Assembly: GCA_904063045.1 (NCBI GenBank)
Contig: CAJFCJ010000094.1
Span: 41,739-86,185, forward strand
Direction: 5' to 3'
Source of the DNA: Dimorphilus gyrociliatus
Taxonomy: Eukaryota; Animalia; Annelida
DNA length: 44,447 nucleotides
The notes under the pieces: model-generated
What the model was told of the DNA's origin: nothing
Databases searched by the model: none
The model's input: only the letters and a program-made list of their open reading frames with translations
Program-made: the position numbers and the translations under genes
Shown: positions 35,591 to 44,447 of the stretch, piece after piece
How positions within the stretch are numbered: position 1 is the first letter of the stretch
Layout of the letters: each line of letters starts with the position of its first letter

Positions 35591-37079
35591 CCCAAAGCTT
35601 ACCAACTATGAATGTATGAAGAATGCATAACCTAATCAAAATTCGCGCTCCTTAATTGATAATGTGCGAATGTATAACATTCATTATGTGGAACAACATT
35701 GTGGTTTATATTGCATCCAAGAATCTTTTGACCAAGAGAAGATAAACTTTAAAATTTTAATAAAAAAATATCTTTTTTCTTTGAAATATCTCAGTTTTAA
35801 AACCTCAGTAAATGAAAACTTTGTAGCGAATAAACCGAAAAATATCTTTTGAGATTTACAAGTGTTTTGGACATTTTTCATTTACAATCTGAATCTGTCT
35901 ATAAAAAATTCAAGAATTGTAAAATCGCTCCTTTCAATTAATGTCAACAAACTGGTGTTTAAATTATTTAAATTTTCGCTGATTTCTTCAACAGATTTCA
36001 TATAATTTTCCAATTGCACTCTTAATTTCATTTTCCTAGCATAATTCTCTTCAATGTTTTACAAGATTCTTCATACCCTTTTATTATTGAATTGCTGAGT
36101 TTTAAATTGTTTAAAAGGAAATTTTTTTTCATAGTTCAGTACAGAACAGCAATGCAAATTTACAAAATGTATAGGGATGGAAAAAGATTATCATCACAAG
36201 TTATGAAAATTGATAATAGAGGTTGACATTAGATGACTAAAGTAAACTTGAAAAATAAACAAATTTGAAATTGTTCACTTATCACCAATTGTAATTGTTT
36301 AAAATTTTTAAGGAAATGGTTAGATATTTAAAAAGTATTTTTGTCATATTAAGATTTCGAAATAAAAGTAAATTTTTGAATTACAGTGCACTAGAATTTC
36401 CAAAGTGATTTCATGACAAGTTTAACTGTTCCAGAAGGGATGATAATAATCAATAGATTCAATAGAATCTTAATTTTATATTTTTTTTCTAACAATTGTG
36501 AACAGTTTGAATATCTTTAGCATTCTATTTTTTGCAAAATTGCTGATTAAATTACTCCGTACAATAAGATACATATCTAGTAACACTGATTGATTTCCTT
36601 TTTGCCTTTGAAACAAGTAAAAAATTTCTTATCATTAAACAATAAATTTCATTTTCATTAGTTATTCTATCATGGAAAAAATTCCATAAATACAATTAAA
36701 CAGAAAAACGAATTAAGCAAATTTTGTCAACTTCCTATATCTCTTCTTTTTTTTAATCGATTATATATAGCAAATATTCAAAAAATCAATGATACCCATC
36801 TGACTTATTTTGTTGGAACATTACTGAACAATACCCTATATAAAGAAATCTCAATTTTTGAATTACAATGCGGGCCAAAACATAATAATACTTCATTGTA
36901 TATTTTAACTACAAATTTTCAATCGAACATTTTACGAGTATTCATCGAATCCCCATCGTTTTCTCTACTATACAGAATATCTTTTCTATAAATGATATAG
37001 ATGTCATTGTACTCTCATTTGGCATTCGAAAAATTTAGTGTTAAGATTACTGAAAAAATATATTTAAATATTATATTAT

Positions 37080-38260
37080 TATAGTTCATTGCATTTCATT
37101 AGAATAAAATGAAAAAAAATTTCGGGAAAAAAGTCCAATATTTCAAAAAATGTTAAAATATTTGCTCCTAAAACTAATCCAAATTCGCCTCCTACATCTG
37201 CTAAAAGTTCTAACCATGTATATACGGGTCTTTCTATAAGCTCTTCAAAGAACATTATTGAAAAGAAGAGATTGACGACGACGAGACCGTCCGATGCAAA
37301 ATTTTTTATACCAAAAAATCATATCTTTTTCATAGTCAGGGTTAGTCTTTCAGTTTTGAGGATGAAAGAGATGTATGAAAAATACGACTGTGACATTGAT
37401 TTTTGCAGTTATATCTCAAGAATATTTTTTCATTTTTAATTATCGCTTATGCACAATAGATTGTAAGGAGAGCATATTACATTCTGATTAGAATCTGCAT
37501 GAAAAATTTTAAGAGCAATCTTAACTTAGTCATAAAAATATAGAAAAAAATATTACACCTTTCATTTAAGGTGCGACGCATTTGTAATGGTTTTTTATAT
37601 AATTGGTGTGACAATGAGATAAGCATTGGCTGAAACGGTAACTTTTATCTTTATTACAATCACCATATGGCTTAGCAAGAAAATTGTTGATTTTTAATGT
37701 TGTTGAAAGAAGATATTCCTTTCCATAAGTTATCTTAATACTAGCTTTCTAGCCCATATTCCTGTCAACTATTGTAAAATTAGATGCATTGAAGAACTGT
37801 TGTTTGAATAAACACTATTATAAAAAAATATAATAAATGCACAATAATATTTTTTAATCAATTATTGTCTTTTGCAGTTAAAAATTTGTTTACAAATATA
37901 ACAGCATTTTCGGGCTTTTGACCTAAATCTCTGTACGAACCTTTTGAAGATATAAATTAAAGATTTTTCGAACAGAACAAAAGAAATTCTATATAAAGAA
38001 AGATTTGGATTTGGATTTTTTACCAATATTGTTTTGAGTGTATTTAGTTTTGAATAAAGTAGGAAAAGGACTTTATTTTAATAGTTACCGTGAAACATAT
38101 ATCTTAACGATATACATTGCGACGGTAAAGACAATTCAGCTACTGAACGTACAGCAAGGGCCACCTGGCTGGATTCTTAAAACGTTACGTTTAAAAGATA
38201 CATCGGCTCTCTGCCGGCTATTACAAACGTTAGTTATCGTAACTTATTCAACATTTAGAT
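37080..38260 (-). pseudogene. DEG/ENaC (ASIC-like) channel pseudogene
   Basis: LAKPYGDC...YRFSQCLSHCH...CVAP*, CKNQCH...LSSS, and TM2 LLADVGGEFGLVLGANILTFFEILD. Many stops and frameshifts. The 5' boundary is approximate. Confidence 0.85.
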
Positions 38261-39449
38261 CGTGTAAGAAATATTAAAATATTTATAAAAATTTTAATAT
38301 AAAGTATGTTGAATAAATTAGGCAACATCTTTAATTGCCAACAGTGGGCTATGGTCTTTTAAAACGCAACGTAATAATACTCGCCCGGCGGCTCTTACAG
38401 AAATATGATTCAGTAGTTGAAATGTCTTCACCACTTTGACATTCTTTAATATAGATGTTAATAGGTGACTATTAAAATAAAGCCTATCCTGCTTTATTTA
38501 AAAAAGTATGTGATAAAACTTGTTTTTAATCGATAAAAAAAATTTGCGATAACTTGAAAAGTTTTCAAATGATTAGAAAATAATAAATAATGTAGCAGGT
38601 ATCCTACTTGATTGATATTAGATTTTTCTCTTCAAATACACTATTACTGATTACGCTAGATTGAAATTATTTGTAATCAATAAAATATTACTAAGGTACA
38701 ATTTTGCTGTTAAATCAGTCATTGAATTTCAATTATGTTATTCAACATTTTCATATTTTATCGAAAACGCTGCAATTTGCAATCCGAAATTGTATTTTGA
38801 ACTTAAAGACCGATATCGTCTGTCAGATATAATAAAAATTAGAAATAGAACAATTTTTGCATAATTATATTTTTGATAAGATCAAATTGAGAAAAAAACA
38901 TGTAAATAACATATCCTCCTGTAATAACATTTAAAAGTTACTTTTAATTTTGTATTCTCTAGTATAAATCTAAACAGATTTGGTACTTACAAAAAGAAAG
39001 TATGTGTGTCCGGCTTTTAACACATGACACCAGAATCAAGATAAATTGTCAGGAAAATGTTAGTTAAAGAATAGGGTGTAAAAACGCTTACCATTGGAGT
39101 ACGTCAAACTTATAAATTGAAAAAATTGCCTCAAAGCGATTAAATAATAATTTGCAAAATATTACGTATTTAAGGACCTGAAGTCCAAAAACTTTAAGAA
39201 ACAATATTAACAATAAGGATGTCTTTTGGTGAAGTTTGATTTTATTGATTAAGGAACAAACTTAATGATTTACAAACTTAGCAACTTAAGACAGCAAACA
39301 CACAAAATCTCCATATGTGTAAATGTTCTAGAAAAATACCTTCTTTTTAAATAATTACATGCCATTGTAGCACATTGAACATTTTCTTTTTCAACTGAAA
39401 AATGCTTTAATTTAAAGCATAATACAAAAAGCATTTCAGATTGTTAAGA

Positions 39450-39921
39450 AGACACACAATGCCTGATAAAAGAGGATATATTCTGGTAATATATGTGATA
39501 TTATCATTCCTAGCAGTCTTCTCATTCCCATTTATTCTAACATTATTAAGAGATAACATAAGGTAAGTATTACCAACCATTCACAATGATTGAAAGAAAT
39601 CTATTTTAAATTGTTTAAGTAAACAATTATCTTTACTGTTTGTTTTTATCAAAAATCAACAGGAAGATAAAATATGCTAAAATTTTTATTCTGATTTATC
39701 CTCTTCTCAACACGCTAAATCCGATATTGGGAGCATGCTTTTTCAATAGATAAAACGTCATTTGGATGATAATACAATACGTCATTTTACTCATGTCATA
39801 TCCATTTATGGTTGTCATACACTTTTCAGCTGTACCAAGGACCATTGAGCATTATACTCTATTTACTTTCATATACTTGGCAATTATCATGCTCGTTGAC
39901 ATTCTTATCTATATTTTCTTC
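39450..39921 (+). pseudogene. Multi-pass membrane protein remnant, family unknown
   Basis: Hydrophobic frames YILVIYVILSFLAVFSFPFILTLL and YAKIFILIYPLLNTLNPILGACF..*NVIWMIIQYVILL...IYLAIIMLVDILIYIFF, with GTAAGT donors at ~39562 and ~39922. Confidence 0.4.
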
Positions 39922-39953
39922 TGTAAGTTAGTTTTCCACTAGAAGAGACAGAG

Positions 39954-40134
39954 GAATGCGACAGAAAACGTCCCCAAATGCATTGAATACCCTAGCTATA
40001 ACCTCTCTGATTACCCCTAATCTTTAGATTGAATCTCCCTTACAACAAATCAATAGCTATTTTACTCCTAACCATTTCTCCATTCGAAGCCTTGCTTTCA
40101 AATATCTCACTTAGGGACGTTTTTTGTCGGCCCA
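39954..40134 (-). mobile_element. TTAGGG-motif MITE, reverse orientation, 181 bp
   Basis: Ends gaatgcgacagaaaacgtcc and ggacgttttttgtcggccca. Internal ctcctaaccatttctcc is the reverse complement of the family core. Confidence 0.88.
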
Positions 40135-41616
40135 AGAAGAGAGAGAGAGAGCGAAATGATTAATGGCCTAATTTTTTTTACAGTTTTCATTATGTTTAAA
40201 GCATCGTTTAAAAGAAAATCGGAAAAAAGAATTGTTGACCGAAATTAGAAATGTATGTATAGACAATATTTAACAAATACAGATTTATAATAAACATAAT
40301 TATTTTGTTTTGTTTCCAGAAGGAAAATAAGATGAATTATGCCACAGTTCAGGTTTTAAATTTAAATGAAGAGAGAAGGTAAATCTTAATTCATTAATTC
40401 ATTTTTTCGATAAAAAAAAAAGTAAATATAAAATTACTACTAAAAGTATTTATTTTCAGCAATGTTAACACAATTTTTAATAAAAATGGCCACTTCTGTA
40501 TAAATCACTACAAATGAAACAATAAAAAATCAGCATATTAATAAAAATGTACTCACTCTTTATTTTATTAATCAAGCCGTTCGTTCTGAAGCGTGACACA
40601 GTTTTGATTTCCAGGTCCATCACTACTCAGTGCTAAGCAATGCTAAGACCTAAAAAGCTTGTCTTTGAGTCAACAATTCCATACAAGTTTTTTGCTTCCT
40701 TTATGATTGTAAATAAAATGGAAAGTACAAAATCTTAGATCCACCTATGACATAAATGATAGTAAAAGAATGTAGAAAAAGTATTGGGGTTCTTTTGGAG
40801 ACAATTGGAAAATGGACAGAATACTTCCTACCATATAAAAATTGTTAACAAAGGTATTATACATTCTAGAAATTGGACTGATTTACCAAATAAATCCATG
40901 GGCATTTGCATCCTTATCAAGTAGGTGGGCTGAGTCATATCAGATCGATAAATGAAAAGAAGCCTGTTTCCAGGAAAAGAATTGTTACGCAAAAAATATA
41001 CTCTTTTCATACATATTGCATACGATTTTCTTTTTCTAGGTTCAATGTTTACAGAGGACTGTAGACTTTTTCAAAAACCAACGAATTTCAGTAAGAGTTT
41101 TCCATTTGTAATCTTTTTTTATCAATAAATGTTTCGTATGGTTTGTTTTTTTTTCAATTTTGATAGACACTTTCAATAGTTCTATCGAAAAATTTTTTCA
41201 AAATATTCAATAAATGATTTTATTAGTTCACATGATGATGGAAATCTTGAATGTTCAGCAAATGAACTGAAGAATACTGCATTCATGCGAAAATAGTATT
41301 ACTAACGTCATGAAAATTTCTATTCACACATCAAACTGAAGCATATGTTTGAATGTTATTGTTTTAACTATGTAAATAATCATAACTGTAACTTTAAACT
41401 TAAGCAAATCAATTTATGTAAATTCACTTGTTCTACACAATATTTTAACGATATAATTGTTCACACTTTATCCACCATAAATGTATTTTGTTACATTCAA
41501 ATTTCATCTCCAGATGGCGTTACTGATTCTAAATAAACTGATTGCCAATTCTGCTGAAGGTGTTATTTGAATGAATAAAAAAGAATGTCAATTATTTCCA
41601 CGCTACCTTACACATA

Positions 41617-41705
41617 CAGTATAGGCAAAAAGTCCCCAGCCACCCTGTAAAATTTTTAGTTTCCATATTAAGATATACAGAATAACTACTTTTAATAGAT
41701 AATAT
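41617..41705 (+). mobile_element. Solo copy of the left end of the 17979-19503 Tc1 element
   Basis: TA|cagtataggcaaaaagtccccagccacc...cagaataactacttttaat matches 17979-18058. Confidence 0.9.
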
Positions 41706-41844
41706 ATTTCAACGTTATTAAATTTTAAGCGATTTTCTATTTCTATAATCTAATTACTGTTGATAATCTCTGACTACATTTATTAAATTCTAGGAAACAG
41801 TTAGACAAAGTGAAATGTCTCTAAAGGTATAAGGTTGTTCAAAT

Positions 41845-42065
41845 GGGCGTGAAACCGTACCTGGATGAAACCGTTAAACACACATTTCTGTAATAAAAAA
41901 AAAATACTACTAAATATAAATTAAATATTTTCTTTCATGTGTACCAAAAAAATTAAAAAATATATATTTTTCATGGCAGAAGTCGCCCACTACCCATTGC
42001 AGAAGTCACCCAGAACTAAGGCAGAAGTCGCCCAGAGGAGTGACAAAGGTCGCCCCAGTAAGTGA
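41845..42065. repeat. Short subterminal-type repeat clusters (DNA-transposon-like termini)
   Basis: gtgaaaccgtacctggatgaaaccg is the reverse complement of the motif at 15778-15810. There are three to four ggcagaagtcgccca-like units at 41976-42060. Confidence 0.6.
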
Positions 42066-42234
42066 GAAAATATCTTTTTTCTTCTTGTTTTAAATATTTT
42101 AAATGTTTTGTTGATTTATTTAAGTTTTTCAGTGATAAAACAAGAAATGATTATACCAGTTTCCATTTTACACAGGATTTTTTTTACAAAAAATGTTTCA
42201 TTAAGCAGTTCCTAATCATTTAAAAAGATATTTA

Positions 42235-42880
42235 AAGAGGCAATTGTCAGTCCATTAATGAATCAGGCATTTAATTGAATCATTTCACTCAATTTGACTG
42301 TGAGACTGTCCTCATTTGACCCAAACTCTTCAGTTTTTACACTCAGCCTCACATTGGCAAGTGGTATGAGAAGTTTGTCAATGACAAAATGGCTGATATG
42401 GGATGTGCCTTTTTTGACAAAAATTTCATCAAAAACTTCTTTATGAAATTTGAATGTTTTTGAAAGTTCAAGATATATTTAGCTAAACTATGTGTTTTCA
42501 AGTTAAAACAGTCCTGGTTCTACTGGAAGTACTAAACAAATGTTTCATTTAAATGCTTTTATTCAAATAAGATACTTAAGCAAGTAATCATATCAAAGAT
42601 TAATAACAGGTAGATGCTTTCTTCTAACCGAGATTGTTTCTAGATGATTTTCTCAGATGATTAGATGATTCGAATGAAATGATAAGCGTTTATATAATAT
42701 GGGGTTTGTCTCTATCATCCGATTATCACAAATGTAGTTGTAGAACTGTATATCTTCAGCAACAGGAAATTTAACAGTCAAATTGCTTGTTTTTAGGAAA
42801 TATAATTGAATAACTTGGCCAAAGGTTTATGTGTTTTCTCAAGTATGTTTAAAGCGGGATTGGCATACTTTGCCTAATAG
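42235..42880 (-). pseudogene. POLR3A: Decayed fragment of the RNA polymerase III largest subunit (RPC1) N-terminal region
   Basis: HFVIDKLLIPLANVRLSVKTEEFGSNEDSLTVKLSEMIQLNA* resembles the RPC1 motif as I recall it (LVPP..IRPSV...GTNEDDLT.KLTEII.LN). The upstream part is weaker. Stop at 42265-42263. Confidence 0.7.
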
Positions 42881-42998
42881 GGGGTTGGAAGAAAACGGCC
42901 AAGTAGGCTAAATTTAGGGTTAGAGCTCGGTAAAAGGTAAATTTGTGGATATTTTTCATAATTATGAAATTACATATATAGATTGTTTCAACAACCCC
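42881..42998 (+). mobile_element. Short degenerate relative of the TTAGGG MITE family
   Basis: Starts ggggttggaagaaaacggcc, contains ttagggttag, and ends caacccc. Confidence 0.55.
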
Positions 42999-44011
42999 CA
43001 AGAAATTCTACAGCATATTTTGTATCAAAGTTGCACCTTTTAAAAGATATATTATTAAACATTTTTTTAAAAAGTGATTTGTTCTATTTTTTCAGAAATA
43101 ATTTTCTGGCTATGGATGTATTTTTTACTCAGCTAAAGTATCAAAAGAGTGATTAGCAAAGAAGTTATGATATTGGCAACTTTTTTAGTGAGACTTACAA
43201 ATCCTGCTGCTTGTTCTGTTTTGTTTTCTTTAAAAGTTTTCTCTCTTTTCTTCAGGCGAGATTGGTGGCTTTCTGGGGTTGTTCCTTGGTGGAAGTATTC
43301 TAAGCTTTCTAGAGTTGCTTGACTTTCTCCTCAACCTTGTCACGAGAAAAATATATATATCAAATCGCCCAAAGTTTTTGACACTACTCAAACTATTAGC
43401 AGATAAACACAATTTTTTTGTGTTATGAAAGTGCAACTATGTGTGAAAATAATCCATTAAGACATCTTCGAACATCTTTGAATTATTTCTATTCACTTGC
43501 CAACATATTTAAAGAAAACCTTTTTAGTTTAGCGACAACATCTCTCTCCTAAAAATAGTTAACAGAGAGGAAATGCTGAGATTGAAAATAAAGTATCCAA
43601 CAGTCAGTTTTCTAAATCATTATAAATTCACGCACTACTTTAGACAATGTGTTTTGTCATTTTTAGCGGAAAAACACATTCAATATCCTGCTTTTTCGTA
43701 AATTTTCTTGCAATATCTAAACCAGTGTATCGACTTGATAAGATCAATAGAATATTTAAGTTTTCTTATATCAGTAAAGTGCGCGGTCGATTGCATTCAT
43801 TATCTGTCATTTTTGTGATATTTTCTTTTAAAAACATTTTCTTTTTTGGGTAGATTTTCTATAGCCCTCAGCTTGCTGTTGTTCAGACACTGATATGACA
43901 AAACCACCAACTGCTATACCACTGCTTAAAACAGTTTCTTAAACTCGGAAGAAACTGTATATTTACATTTGCAATTTTTCCAATCAAAACACAAAGAAAA
44001 AACTATTTTTT

Positions 44012-44447
44012 TTGGTTGAAACATCAACATTTCACTTGTTTGCTGCTGACGTGATTGTTTCAGCGAGTAGAGCTGGCTCTGATGTTTTTGATACAGTTGA
44101 GCTAACCGCTAACTTTAATAGTAAAACGTTTATAACTACATTTGACGCTCTGTCTTCATTTGCTGGTGGAGATCCACACTTTAAATTATCTTTTCTGGAT
44201 GAATTGAGCTCATCAACTAAAAAAATATGCTATGATGTTACTAGCTCACCAGAACAGTATTTAGACAGCTGGATTTACTTTGGATGGTCTTGGGGCAGCT
44301 GATTATCATATGCAGAGAAATGTTATTCAGAATGTTACAGTTACGATCAATACCATTACTCTTGACAATAAACAAGTGATTAGATGGACTGAAAATTCAG
44401 AAGAATTCAGTGTAAAAACTGAGTTTTTCATGTATCAAACAATTAAA
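44012..44447 (+). pseudogene. Inter-alpha-trypsin-inhibitor heavy chain C-terminal (ITI_HC_C)-like domain, frameshifted, partial
   Basis: AGGDPHFKL...KKICYDVTSSPEQYL, then after a frameshift near 44265 TAGFTLDGLGAADYHMQ...ITLDNKQVIRW. Runs off the window end. Confidence 0.68.

Noticed and set aside
33900-36700. Possible decayed LRR or 7TM coding sequence
   Set aside because: Only scattered Leu-rich or hydrophobic fragments between frequent stops, indistinguishable by eye from AT-rich noise apart from the LDLa remnant.
40560-41060. Protein-like minus-strand fragments
   Set aside because: No recognisable motif or consistent exon structure.
3770-42925. Interstitial telomeres or chromosome-fusion scars
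   Set aside because: Nearly all TTAGGG-like runs lie inside the MITE family or its remnants, and none forms a long perfect array.
1-44447. Bacterial, organellar or phage origin; ORFs with TTG/GTG starts taken at face value
   Set aside because: Spliceosomal introns, metazoan domain families and low coding density indicate an animal nuclear genome. Most short ORFs in the track are exon fragments or noise.

Overview
This is AT-rich animal DNA (roughly 70% by eye) with very short GT-AG introns (49-82 bp in the models I could build). It is not prokaryotic and contains no CRISPR array or recognisable rRNA/tRNA genes. Two genes look intact after manual splicing: a 391-aa signal-peptide protein with two copies of an unnamed beta-sandwich domain and a hydrophobic tail (7578-8970, -), and a 611-aa secreted mosaic of F5/8, F5/8, Methyltransf_FA and FTP-like domains (24253-26377, -). 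An LDLa-repeat gene runs off the left edge. Most other coding sequence is decayed: an LDLa/LRR GPCR, a UDP-glucuronosyltransferase, multi-C1q, C-type lectin/fibrinogen/FTP, a polycystin channel, a CASPR-type fibrinogen domain, DEG/ENaC, an RNA Pol III RPC1 fragment and an ITI heavy-chain C-terminal domain. Mobile DNA includes two Tc1 elements (one with DD35E spacing), a mariner remnant, a Gypsy gag-protease remnant, a solo LTR, and a ~200-bp TTAGGG-bearing MITE family with at least 6 copies. Highlights: (1) one MITE copy sits without a target-site duplication at the centre of the palindrome TTTTC^GAAAA, and removing it restores a 120-aa ORF; (2) a 669-bp inverted duplication, with no mismatch seen in the parts compared, carries pieces of two neighbouring genes into a third; (3) the unnamed tandem domain resembles bacterial DUF4082. 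The short introns and gene repertoire suggest a compact lophotrochozoan genome such as the annelid Dimorphilus; this is unverified inference. All family assignments are motif recognition by eye; no database search was run.
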